Origin: Octopus vulgaris
Taxonomy: Eukaryota
Direction: 5' to 3'
DNA length: 64,000 nt
Assembly (NCBI GenBank): GCA_951406725.2
Contig: OX597821.1
Span: 61,876,001-61,940,000 of the forward strand
A program made the translations under genes and the position numbers. The notes beneath the pieces were generated by a model that was not told the DNA's origin, did not search any database, and saw only the letters and a list, made by a program, of their open reading frames with translations. Of the stretch, positions 44,020-56,462 are shown piece by piece (within the stretch, counting starts at the first letter, position 1; each line of letters begins with the position of its first letter).

Positions 44020-44300
44020 AGAGAAGAAAAAGGAATGGAAAAGGTGAAGAAATAATTGGTATCGTGGGTGTGGAACAGGACGGAAGCGACTGAGGGTAAA
44101 CGTGCAGGTATTTACAAATATGTCCAGTGCGGTAATTACAGGCACAAAGGATGGGGTGTCCGGAGCCGTTGGGTTTATGGAATTGAGGAAGGGAACAGAT
44201 GTTGGAAGTGCACCGAGTTTACACAATAGTGTTCGCGGCTGTGGAAGTGGAGTAGAAGAAGAGACGAGGTCCCGGATGGTAGAGGGCACGCGCTACTGAT
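44020..44300 (-). mobile_element. Penelope-like RT N-terminal fragment, decayed
   Basis: Minus frames give TIRDLVSSST.PQPRT and LPQFHKPNGSGHPILCACNYRTGHICKYL, a degenerate form of the PLE motif LPKIHKPxxPGRPIVSxxxxPTxxISxYL. Confidence 0.7.
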
Positions 44301-45844
44301 AAGCGGGTGTTGGATCGGGGGGCAATATAACGCGGGGTTATGAAGCTAGTGGAACACTTCGATGTAAACACATATGTAGATTGATAGAAAATTAGATATA
44401 CGAGGGATTGTACAATTGATGGAAAGTGTTTCTCAACACAAAAGCTACACATTTTTATTTAATAACTGTTTCATTCAGCTCCATACAATTTAAAACTTAG
44501 GTGGCTTGTTCTAAAAGCCTACGTATGGTGGACTTTCTATGCACTTTTTCCAGATTGATAAAATGTGCTGCAGTTGAGTACTCTGATCGATGTAATCGAT
44601 TTACTATTCTCAAAAATTGTTGGTCAAAGTTTGAAACCAATATTATAACCAAAGATTCCTATGTTTTGCCTTTAAATGTTTATTAGCGTTCATTTTGCAT
44701 TTCATCTTCAGCTGGTTTGGAATTCATAACCTTTCTTTAGAAGACTCCATTCAGTGCTTATAACGCTACGTTCCATCTTCATACTCGATTTGTTTTTTGG
44801 CCGTTAAATGACTTCCCAAACAAGATGGACGTTTATATGAAATATCATAAATTACCCAGACATTTGAACTACAACACCCATCTCACGTAAAAGTTCATTG
44901 AACGACAATCAAAATATGTTTTCCACATCGACTGCGTGTTGTTCATTAATCTTCTTCCAGTGTTTTCATTGCATTTATTTATTTGTTTGTTTTCATAATA
45001 TCTCGTTAATTTTCATGGTTTAATCATTCTTTTTTTTTTGTTATAATATTCCTGTTTCTATTTCCATCATTCATTTGAATTCTTAATCAGAAAAATCTGT
45101 TATGTTATACTTGAGGTGGACGAAGTTACCACCAACTTTGACCTTTCTAAATTTATGGATTTTTGTCACATTTTTGCAAATTACTCTCTAATTTCGAAAT
45201 CTATTTATTTGTAACTGTAGTAGTTTCTGAATGAAAATAAATTGTATTCGAAAGAAAAAGTACATTACCTCGCGGCAATGATATCATTATTCTATCGTCT
45301 ACTATTTGGGTTGCACATCCAACAAAAACATATTCCGTATGTTCTTTTTTTCTTTGTTTCATACTGCGACGTCTCTATTCGAGTTAATTGACTTCACATT
45401 GACATTCAACTCATGTTAAAATGAATACAAAAGAAAATAGAGAACGAATTACTGTTGAAACAGTTTTCGAGTCACAATCTGTGATCGAGTTTCATGTCCC
45501 ATGTGGAGGAATTTGATCATTTGTAATTGTACAATTAAGGCAAATTTAAAGGATGAAATGATATAAAGCGTCTGGTGGAATATGCACATCACTTACATTC
45601 AAATCCATTATATAAAATATTGCTCACTATTAGAACATATTTACAAGCATACATACATACTAGACATATAAACACGCGTGCGCGTATATATTATGTTATA
45701 TTAAAAACTGTTTTTTCATTAATCTGAAGGCTACACTATATGTTTCTACAGTACAAATTTAATATTCTCTAACAAGAACAGTATTGACAGTAACTTCGAA
45801 GATTCAGTCAGCTAAGCCATTATCGATATCTATCCGTCTATCCG

Positions 45845-45935
<91 letters not shown>

Positions 45936-45938
45936 GAA

Positions 45939-46015
<77 letters not shown>
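45845..46015. repeat. (TATC)n/(TGTC)n microsatellite
   Basis: Read directly from the sequence. Confidence 0.95.
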
Positions 46016-46016
<1 letters not shown>

Positions 46017-46129
46017 ACTTTTGGTTTTTTTAATGATTTTTTATCTTATATCATATTATATTATATTCATAGTACATTATGCATTATAACTAAATCATTG
46101 GATTATCAATTAAATCTCTCTATTTAATT

Positions 46130-46680
46130 TATTGTTTATATTTTTTTCTTTCTTTCTCGTCCCTTCTAAATCCTCAATCCGTCTACCCACTACCTCTGTC
46201 CTCTCCTTCCACCTGACCGGTGTTCAGCCACGCCTGACCATCCCTTCTTGTTCAGCCACGCCTGACCATCCGTGTAGCATCTCTTGTATTTCTTCCCATA
46301 AGGCTTCACTTCCGCACACGCCAGCTTAATTTAATTCGTCCTGATTCGAAAGACACCTGTTAATGTCCTGTTGTGTGTATTTATAATTATGTACAATTTT
46401 TTGTTCGTTTTGTTTTCGTCCTTCGTATACATTCGCTTGCTTTCCTCCTCAGAATCTAGTGCTCTTAGTTTGGATTTTTTTGGGGGCCGGGCAGATGAGA
46501 AGAGTCTCGAGATTAACCGGCCGAAACTGCAAACACGATCTGCTTTTCAACTGATGATTGAAAGCTCCGAATGACCCGTCCTTGTTTATTCCTGTCCTTT
46601 TTTGTATCATCTAACTGCCAGAATGTTTTGTTGTCACCTAATACTCCCTTGTTCTCTTATTTGTTTTGATTTTATATAAC
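46130..46680 (+). mobile_element. Interspersed repeat with a structured core (family P), copy 2
   Basis: 46425-46580 is homologous to the minus-strand copy at 9181-9340. Upstream there is an internal duplication of TGTTCAGCCACGCCTGACCATCC. Confidence 0.7.
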
Positions 46681-46704
46681 TACATATATATATATATATA
46701 TATA

Positions 46705-47017
46705 ACGTGATCACGTGATATCACGTGACCGACCAGACCATCAGATGTTGTTACACATCGCTGGTCAGAATGCGTTCGCATTGTTTTAGCCTTCGAATGA
46801 CGCCACCCCGCTGGCTAAGCGAGCAGGCCAACAGAAGAAAGAGTGGTAGAAAGTGTGGTGAAAGAGTACAGCAGGGATCACCACCCCCTGCCGGAGCAAC
46901 GTGGAGCTTTTTAGGTGTTTTCGCTCAATAAACACTCACAACGCCCGGTCTGGGAATCGAAACCGCGATCCCACGACCGCGAGTCCGCTGCCCTAACCAC
47001 TAGGCCATTGCGCCTCC
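46705..47017 (-). mobile_element. Young tRNA-derived SINE (family D)
   Basis: Minus strand GGAGGCGCAATGGCCTAGTGGTTAGGGCAGCGGACTCGCGGTCGTGGGATCGCGGTTTCGATTCCC has clear A and B boxes and is CpG-rich. The tail has TCACGTGA repeats. Confidence 0.9.
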
Positions 47018-47021
47018 ACAC

Positions 47022-47070
<49 letters not shown>

Positions 47071-47090
47071 CACATACATATACGTGTGTG

Positions 47091-47136
<46 letters not shown>

Positions 47137-47596
47137 TATATGTGCATATATAACTAAATAACTGCTTGACTACATATCAATACGTGTATGTGTGTGTGTC
47201 CGCGCGCGAGTGTGCGTGTGCGTGCCTGCGTGTTGTCAGAGTCTGAATATACGATTTCATTTCTGGTATATTCGACAGAAAGAGTAGAATGTAACAATGC
47301 GTGCACTTCCGAACATAAGAGGAACATTTTCAAAACAATGGTGTAAAATGCTTCCAACCTTTTGAAATATTGAAGGAGACATCCCGGTGCCATTCAGAGA
47401 AAATGTGAAAAAGGCGTATTATGAATAACTTTTGTTGTTCAGTGTTTAGAATGTAAGAGAAAATTTTATAGATACCATGTATTTCAAATTATTATTTAAT
47501 GTGAAATAAGAAAGGAAATTATGACTATCGACGCTTTTAAAACTGGCTATACGTATACTACTTAGGAACAGACTTAACAGAAGTATATACAGGATC

Positions 47597-47745
47597 AGGC
47601 ATGGCTGTGTGGTGAAGAAAGTTGCTTCTCAAACATGTCTTTTCATTTCAGTCACTGTCCGCGATAATTTAGACAAGTGTTTGCACAATGCCTTGTGAGT
47701 GAATTTTGTATGCGGAAACTGTAGAGAGCCGTCTTGTGTATCCGT
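47597..47745 (+). mobile_element. SINE family A, diverged 5' part
   Basis: CAGGCATGGCTGTGTGGT...GCCTTGTGAGTGAATTTTGTATGCGGAAACTG. Confidence 0.7.
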
Positions 47746-47929
47746 GCATGCATACATACAAATATACATACACACGTTCATACATACATGCATACATACA
47801 TACATACATACATACATACATACATACATACATACATAATACATACATACATACATACATATATACATACATACATACATACATAAATACATACATACAT
47901 ACTTGCATACATACATATATACATATACA

Positions 47930-48330
47930 TCTCTATATATAAACGGCAAAATGTCTGTCACTGTGTGTGTCCTTTATACAAATCCACAATTTTTCAGTTA
48001 GAGAGCTCGCACTTTCTATGGTCATACAAAACCGTCCAAGGGTGGTTGTGCACATCTTTACATTTCTTTAGTCACCCCGCAAAGCCATTAATAAATCAAT
48101 AGAAGTGACTTTTTTGTGAATTTTCTATTCAAAACCCAATCAAAATAACCCCGAACCTTGATACGCCAATTCAATGCTAGCTAGCTGTATGTGATTGGTC
48201 GGAGATTTGGCCAGGACTCGCGTGTATGTGTGCACGAACGCAGCTGTATATGCATGCACTAGCACTATGATCTGGGGAAAATCATGCAAGCAGGAGGAAA
48301 TAAAACTCCAAATATGAGTATATCTATATT
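47930..48330 (+). mobile_element. Helitron-like 5' portion
   Basis: A|TCTCTATATATAAACGGCAAAATGTCTGTC is a typical Helitron 5' TC start after A. No matching 3' hairpin-CTAG was identified. Confidence 0.5.
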
Positions 48331-48569
48331 TTTATTAATATTTACAGAAGTAACAGATGATTCAAGTTCAAACAGTTTGATGAGTGCTATTGTACGAAAT
48401 TCTCAGACCTTGAGTCACTCCATAACTTCTGCTAATTATAAATAAAAAAAACGTATATATGTATACACACGCACACATACACACACATACATGTGCTAGA
48501 GGATAGCTGAACAAAGTGACTCAGTTATTACAAGAATAATCTTCCACGATAGTAGTTTACAACCATTCC

Positions 48570-48965
48570 AGAGATGCACGTCAAATTTGTCCCCCACCGT
48601 TTAACAAATGCTATAGGAGGGTTTACGTCCCCGTAATCCAGCTACCCTGGAAAATCGATCGATAGAATAAGTATAAACTTTAGAAAAAAGAAAGTACTGG
48701 GTTTCTTTTATTCTTTTATGTTTTTCCGCCAGGTGGCTGTGAGCATGCTGGAGCACCACCATGATTTTTTTCACTATTTATTTTTGTACCCTCTCCGCAG
48801 TAATTCCGTGTTCCACTCATGCAACTGATGCTATCCTATCAAAGTTATCGATGGCCCATCTAGCGTATGAGGGATTCATTCGATTAAAAGTTCTCCAAGA
48901 TGCTGCGCCAGCACGGCCGCTGTATAATGACTGAGACAAGTGAAAAGAAAAGGAAAAAGAAAAGA
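48570..48965 (+). mobile_element. SINE family A 3' part with a nested inverted SINE tail
   Basis: TTTACGTCCCCGTAA..GATAGAATAAGTA..GTACTGGG, interrupted by a reverse-orientation CATGCTGGAGCACCACC, then resuming at GATTCATTCGATTAAAA..CCAGCACGGCCGC..ATGACTGAGACAAG. Confidence 0.65.
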
Positions 48966-49925
48966 CATGAGAAGGAAGCATCTTAAATTACTTCTTGTGT
49001 GAATTCCAGTATAGAAAATATTCATTCCAAAATGCGACTCCTTTTAGTTTAAACACCGAAGTTTATACACCAAATTTCTGTTCACAACGTACATAGTGTA
49101 AGAGTTAAACAACTTATAGTGTTAATACGTACCTGCTTTTCCTACATTTTAGTACAAAGTTCGTAGTAGACAAATAAGTGCTAAAAATTATATATATGAA
49201 ATATTCTGGAAGTTCGATATGTTATATTGTTTATTGCAAAAATAAATAAATAAATATATAAAATAACCACTTAATTTTATGCTAGTGCAATATTCCTAAC
49301 AAACTTTTCCAATATATAGCTTGGAACCAGAGGACAAAAATCATTGTTTAAAATATATCATTAAGAAAAAAGAAAGCAATCAATTGTATAAATCTTTAAT
49401 AAATATGAAACTGAATTAATGAATTGGAGGATGCTTAAGGAATGTCGATTGTTTTGTCGCATGGGTCTTTCATTATATTTCGCTAATCATGAAAGCGACT
49501 CACGTAGTATTATAATTATCGTAGAGAAAGTAAATCATATATGTAGCACTAAACAGTAGAAGCTGCTATAAAGTCGGCAATGACAAGAACACAACAATAA
49601 ACTGGTGACTTGCAACAAAATAAATTATATACGCAAAACATAAATTAGATATTACGAACAACATTTTGTTTCTACTAAAGAACAGCAACGTAAATATTTG
49701 GAAAATAAGTTTCAGTTGATATTTTTAGGGTGAGGATATAAACAGATATCATCGATCTAAAGACTTGACCGTCACATCATTTTATTTACCACGAAGGATA
49801 AAATGCAAGGTTAACTTCGATGGGATTTGATGTCAGAATGTACAGAGCTAGAACGAATGCGAGAAAACATTACACTCGATGCTGCTCTAATGTTTCTGTT
49901 CAATAAAACATTTTTAAAAAAAGGG

Positions 49926-49991
<66 letters not shown>

Positions 49992-50381
49992 ACACACACA
50001 CACACACATACATACCCATACGTACACACACACGCACACACACACGAACATACACTCACTCTTCTTTTCCCTCTTTCAATCGTAGCCTCATGGATAGCTA
50101 AATTTGCAAATGAATCAATTAATTTAAAAGCTATAAAATAAATATTTAACTGATATAGATATGTGAACAAATTTATTAGATCCTCCTTGAACACCGCCAA
50201 ATGATAAAAACAAAAAAAGTACAAAGGATAGGAAAAGATGAAAAATAATAGAACAGCAATAGGTCTGTAGTCACTTTTATTTTATTGCTTTGAAACATTC
50301 AAACTGACGGCTGATTAAAATTAAATGAAATTAAAATCAAATTAAAATGTTTTGGTAAGAAAAGGAGTAACTTTGAACGTC

Positions 50382-50471
50382 GATTCATGAAGCAAGAATT
50401 AGGTTTGAAGTTTTATATATATATATATATAAACTTCAAACCTAATTCTTGCTTTATGAATCAGGTTTGAA

Positions 50472-50513
<42 letters not shown>

Positions 50514-50663
50514 TTACAGATATAGGGTGAAATATAATTAATTTAATAAAATCAACAAATTTCACCTAGTAGTATTTCGGTATGGAAAAGGATCATATTC
50601 GGTAAAAGTTTATATAATTATAATTTATTAAATTAATTATATTTCACCCTATAACTGTAGTGA
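50382..50663. repeat. Two adjacent fold-back (inverted repeat) structures at a (TA)n tract
   Basis: 50382-50462 is a near-perfect hairpin centred on (AT)n. 50512-50550 is the near reverse complement of 50624-50662. Confidence 0.9.
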
Positions 50664-51063
50664 CTATTTAACTCCCCTATGACAAAACTACGAATCTTTT
50701 CGGCAGTACTATTTTGTGACTCACGTGGTAAAGATTCTGGAGGGAAATACGAATTCACTTGTCTATATAAATGTGGATTTGCTGATGAGCTTTTATATTT
50801 TTCGATGTCGCTTGATCGAAAATATAGGAGGTGAGTTTTCCTAGCATTTCTAGATTTATAGGAATGTTATGTCGATAAAGGAAATGAGTCTTGTGATTCT
50901 AATCCAGAAATGTACGTCCATAATTAACCGAAGACTGTGATTTCATTATTTTTCTTCTTTTTTTTTGCCATATGTGAGTTACAAATATTGTTGTCTGTGG
51001 AGACTTATTTTTGTAGTAAAATATATACATGTATATATATGGATGTATATATATAGATGTATG

Positions 51064-51111
<48 letters not shown>

Positions 51112-51331
51112 GTCTATATAGATGTATATATATACACGTCTATATAGATGTATATGTATACATCTATATGTATAGATGTATTTCTATAGATATAGATGTA
51201 TATGTATACATGTATGTGCAGATGCAAATATATATAGATGTACATGTAATATGTACATATATATATATATACACATATATACATGCATACATATATTCAC
51301 CCATACACACATACACACACATACATGCATA

Positions 51332-51430
51332 GGTGCAGGTGTGGCTGTGTGGTAACAAACTTGGTTCCAAAACACATGGTCCTTTGTTCAGTCCCACTGT
51401 GTGGTAACTCGGCATGTGCCTTCTGCTATA
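51332..51430 (+). mobile_element. SINE family A head, truncated by the adjacent HHR-containing unit
   Basis: GGTGCAGGTGTGGCTGTGTGGTAA...GTTCAGTCCCACTGTGTGG...CTTCTGCTATA. Confidence 0.8.
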
Positions 51431-51449
51431 TCCTTATATTAGAATATGT

Positions 51450-51996
51450 ATATTAGATATATGTACATATCTAATATTGTAAGTTTATATTTTATTAATT
51501 TTCCTGTACGGCTAATAATTCGCTTACCACTTGTGATGGTATTTTAATACCATCCCTATATTTATAAATGATTTTACGCGATTCGTTTGTTCGTACGGTG
51601 CTTGGTCACTTAAAACGAGCTTTCGCAGGCATGATGGGGGAGAATGTTAGTAGTTATTTAGCTGGCGGATTTCGGCTGATGAGAAATCACGCGTCTAGCT
51701 GGCGCTAAATTTCGAAACCGGTACCGAGTTGACCAGCATTTACTTGTTCTGATCCATTTGAGGTAAGACATTATTATTGTTCACTGATATTTTTTCCTGT
51801 CTTGTCTGTAACAGATTTGTGACTTTTCGGTGGTACAGAAGTATTTTTGACTTCTATCATGAGCGATATAGGTACTCATTTAGTACCCTTATGTATATGT
51901 GTACATATCTAATATTGTATGTATATATTTTATTAATTTGCCTGTACGGCTAATAATTCGCTTACCACTTGTGATGGTATTTTAATAATACCATAT

Positions 51997-51998
<2 letters not shown>
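51450..51998 (+). mobile_element. Non-coding 438-bp unit with ~90-bp terminal redundancy and one intact HHR (retrozyme-like or PLE pLTR-like)
   Basis: GTACATATCTAATATTGT...CCTGTACGGCTAATAATTCGCTTACCACTTGTGATGGTATTTTAATA begins at both 51463 and 51901 (period 438). There is no ORF, and the HHR is at 51671-51728. Confidence 0.8.
51671..51728 (+). ncRNA. Intact type I hammerhead ribozyme
   Basis: TTCGG | CTGATGA | GAAAT-CAC-GCGTC-TAGCT-GGCGC-TAA-ATTTC | GAAA | CCGG | TA | CCGAG. All core nucleotides are canonical, with a GUA site. Helix I extends via GCTGG (51661-65)/CCAGC (51733-37). Confidence 0.92.
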
Positions 51999-52050
<52 letters not shown>

Positions 52051-52514
52051 ATTGTTTTTAAAATAGTGCAAGGATACACTGCTCAATTTGCATGTGTATG
52101 CCGGTTATTGGTGAGACAAAGTCGACTACTACATGCAAATAGAGAGACTGAAGGAAGCAAAGCTAAACAGTGTGATTAAAATATTTTAAGTTCAAATGTA
52201 AATCTAATTAACACGAAATGTCAGTGGCACTTTACTCGTCGGCATATTGTGTTTCATCTTTAAATTTGATGACTATATTTCCCATGAGATCAAAGAAATG
52301 CGCAAACCGTTAATGAAAATGTATCATAGATTTTATATACATGTACAAAATGCTATTACTAAATCACAGTATCAGTTGTGCAGAGCTATACACAGATACA
52401 TACCTACAAACACACGCACACACAAAAAAAACACACATTCACACACACAAAAAAAAACACACACGCAAAAGACACACACGCACAATCACACACACAAACA
52501 TACATACGAGATAA

Positions 52515-52663
52515 ATTATGGTAAGAAGCTTGCTTCCCAACCACATACTTCCGGGTTCAGTTCTAATGCGTGGTAACTTGGGCAAGTATCTTCTATTATA
52601 ACCACAACTCGACGAAAGACTTGTGAGTGGATTTCGTACATGGAAACTGAAAAAAGCCCTTCG

Positions 52664-52670
<7 letters not shown>
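52515..52670 (+). mobile_element. SINE family A, 5' part
   Basis: TGGTAAGAAGCTTGCTTCCCAACCACAT..CCGGGTTCAG..CTTGGGCAAGT..TTGTGAGTGGATTT..GGAAACTGAAA. Confidence 0.85.
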
Positions 52671-52700
<30 letters not shown>

Positions 52701-54179
52701 CTGTGTGTGTATTCGTGTAGTTGTGTGTCTGTGTTTCTCCCCTTTTTTCCGCCGTATCTGGGGTAAATTTGCCTTTCGAAGTGTGTCTAACATACTAACA
52801 TATTTTAACTTAGTTATGTCTAAAGACATCTTGGCGCTAATACTGCTGAGTATATACATCTGTACATAGACGGAGAGTGGAGAGCAAGTGAGAGAAGTAG
52901 GTGATTGTGTGTATGCATATGTGTATGTATATATTTGTACGTGTGTGTATGTGTTTGCATTTGTGTGTGCACGCTTGATTGTGTGTGCATAGAAGTATGA
53001 AAAAACCCACGAAATTCTCATGTCAACTGTCTGACTCAAGCGTCAGTAGCAATGACCATTTTCAAGTAGATCGTATCATGGGGATTTAGGAAATTAGAAC
53101 GGAATTTCTTGAATATTATCTATTCATAAGTTCTTGTCTCTGATATCGATGATGTAACTAAAAAATCTATCAGAACAATCATTCTGAAATGTCAATGCTA
53201 TTTCGATGCCCTAACGAAGGCACAAATAGTATAATAATTTTGTCAGAACATTTCATGGAAAGTGATATATATCTACTACAAACACCAAATTATATAATCT
53301 TTGAAAAATTCCGAAGTATATGTTTACGAAGGGACTGATGGAATTTGGATTCCCAACAAAGAAATGATACCTGGTTTGAACAAGATTTATGTACTAGGTC
53401 TCACCGTGTTTATAAGTTTCGGGGTGTCTGTGAATGAAAAATTTATACACCATTCCATTTACATACTGTGAATTTCGTTTCACCTGATGACCTCTCGAGT
53501 AAATTATATCTTCAAACAGTTACCGACATGAAAGATGTCACCGACAATGCTGTTCAAGATTTAACATATTTTGCCATAAAACCATTCCTCGATGTATGTT
53601 TTCACGCTTAACAGTAAGAATCCGTACAGATAATCTCATCCAGCATGAAACAATATCATGAGCATACATAAGTGAGCGATTGAAAAATTGATATCTATGA
53701 CACTAGTTTTAGCATTTTTAATCCACAAATAAAGAATATGTGTGTGAATGTGTATGTGTGTGCTTGTATTTTGTTAATATTCTTTTAGAAAAGTTACACA
53801 ACTATTGATAACCCCTTTTATAATAAAGACTAGTTAATCGAATTTGTGTGTAACATTTGGACCAGGCACAATAACTCTGTCAGTAGAACACATGCCTTTT
53901 GTTAAACATTCTAAGATATTTCTATTTAGTAATGGAAATAAAGCTGGCTTAGAACGTAATTTAATGAATATTAATGTGAATATAAGAATACTTTCTATCT
54001 AGTTATGCGTGCAATTCAAGGCGGCAGCAAGCCGTATAACAGTAGGATGTACAAATGTGACCGTTAAAAGAATCTGATGTAATTTTATAGCTATTTAATG
54101 AAATAAGCACAAATACCATTTCCCCAACCTAGACGGAGTAACGGTATACAATATGCCCATTTTAAAGAAAAGTGTATTA

Positions 54180-54242
54180 GCAGCAGCATCAGCAGCAAAA
54201 GTAGTAGTAATAGTAGTGGTGGTGGTGGTGGTGGTGGTGGTT

Positions 54243-54288
<46 letters not shown>

Positions 54289-54487
54289 AAAAAGAAAAAG
54301 AAATAATAACGATAAATATAGCAATAATACTAATGATGATGATAATAATCATAACACACTGTTGCTGATGACGCTGATGGTGGTTGTGATGTTGATGATG
54401 ATGATAATGAAGTGGATGATGGTTATGATGATGATGATGATAATAATAACAACAACAACAACAACAACAACAATAATAATGATGATG

Positions 54488-54532
<45 letters not shown>

Positions 54533-54540
54533 GTAATAAT
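54180..54540. repeat. Mosaic trinucleotide array (GCA, GTA, GTG, GAT, ACA, ATA)
   Basis: Read directly from the sequence. Confidence 0.9.
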
Positions 54541-55274
54541 ATATGTTTATAATATGTTATATGTGAAGTAATAATACGTTGATGTACATGTTTGTTCATT
54601 CTTGCTTCTATATGTACATTAATTTGTATTTTAAGATATAAAGATATTACAAGTTTCCAATATGAATTTCAATGCCAAATGCTATGCTTTGCTGAAATTA
54701 AAAAGCAAATACAAAAACCGAAGCAAAAATAAATAAGTAAAAACAGAAATATGAAGAAATTTGCTTCGAAAAGTTTGTTGACAAAAAACCTCAGAGTAAT
54801 CAAAATAATCACAAGTCAAGGCCTGCCTAATCAATTTCACAAGGCAATGAATGGCCCGATTTAATTGGGTTTATCTATGTTTAGATAAATAAGCTGAATA
54901 TTCATATCTGGAAGGAAGATTGCGAAGAGGAAGAAGGAGCAACTACATCAAACTTGGTATCCCACGGTTGGAGGAAATGAAAGATATATGCATATATGTA
55001 AGCGAAGAAAGAAAAGCGACAGTTCAAAGAGAATCGCTAATTAGAAGATATATAAGATCTGCTGTAAAGTGGCAGGCAGTTCTTTGATCTCAGGCGATCG
55101 TAGGGATTCTAAATTGGATTTGAATTTTCAGACAAAGAATAAGATCAATATCCCGAAGACCGGCTTTATGTACGTACATATTGCCTGTGTGTATGTATGA
55201 ACGTATGTATGTATTTATGTAGGTATGTATTCACGTCTGCATGTATATCTGCATGTATATATATGTATATAATA

Positions 55275-55359
<85 letters not shown>

Positions 55360-55376
55360 CTCTCTCTATCTATCTA

Positions 55377-55436
<60 letters not shown>

Positions 55437-55468
55437 AGTGCATGTATGTACATATGCACACACACAAG

Positions 55469-55512
<44 letters not shown>

Positions 55513-56043
55513 AGTGCATGTATGTACGTATGCACACACACAAGGGCATATATATATATATACATACATGCATATATAAGTTTATATATATATATATAGG
55601 TACAAGCATACGTATTTGTAATTAGCTATATATGTTTGTGAGTGTACATGAAAATATATACACACGCACACACATGTACACACACATGTAGAAGCCACAC
55701 GCACACAGACACACATGTATATATACTGAAACACATATACGCATAGATGCACTTATGCATATATGAGAGATAAAGATAGAAGCAGTTAAGAGATACTCAA
55801 ATGACGGAGAAAGTGATAGAACAGAGAAACACAGATTAAAGAAAATGGCGCTACAGGAAATCAAGAGCTTCAAGTGATATATATTTAAGTAACAGTCGTT
55901 CTTATTGTTCAGTTACATAATTACTCAAGAATAAATATCAGTGCATCTAATGTATATTACCCATATGTAGTATTCAATTATATATCCTGTATGATTATGC
56001 ATTAGTATACATGCATATGTATATATATATATATATATAAATT

Positions 56044-56075
<32 letters not shown>

Positions 56076-56412
56076 AGTATGTACACACACATATATATGT
56101 ATATGTATAAGCATAGATATATGTGTATATATACATATACACGTACATATTTGTATATTTTATATATATACAAGCACTTATGTGTGCGTGCATACGTGGA
56201 TAAATGTGTATGTGCATGTGTATATGTGTGTGTCTGTGTGTGTGCATGTGAGTATGTAAATCTATATATATATACATTCATTAAAGATTATGCTGACGTC
56301 GATGAGATTTGAACACAGACAAATAGTAGGAGCAATTACTGCGCCACTTCCGATACTCTGGCGATTTTTCCAATACGTACATACATACACACACATACAC
56401 ACACACACACAC

Positions 56413-56462
<50 letters not shown>

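Noticed and set aside
46940-47017. tRNA gene
   Set aside because: A and B boxes are present but the acceptor stem does not close, and the sequence continues into a SINE body and tail.
53484-53510. CTGATGA hammerhead core (also at 2538 and 6970)
   Set aside because: No correctly placed GAAA, helix II or helix I pairing. Expected by chance.
54180-54540. Trinucleotide mosaic as a low-complexity coding exon
   Set aside because: No splice or codon context, and the frames give only homopolymer runs.
55420-55570. Duplicated ~50-bp unit (TATGAGTGCATGTATGTAC.TATGCACACACACAAGGGC) separated by (TA)n
   Set aside because: Ordinary slippage duplication within microsatellite-rich DNA. The same applies to 51107-51150.
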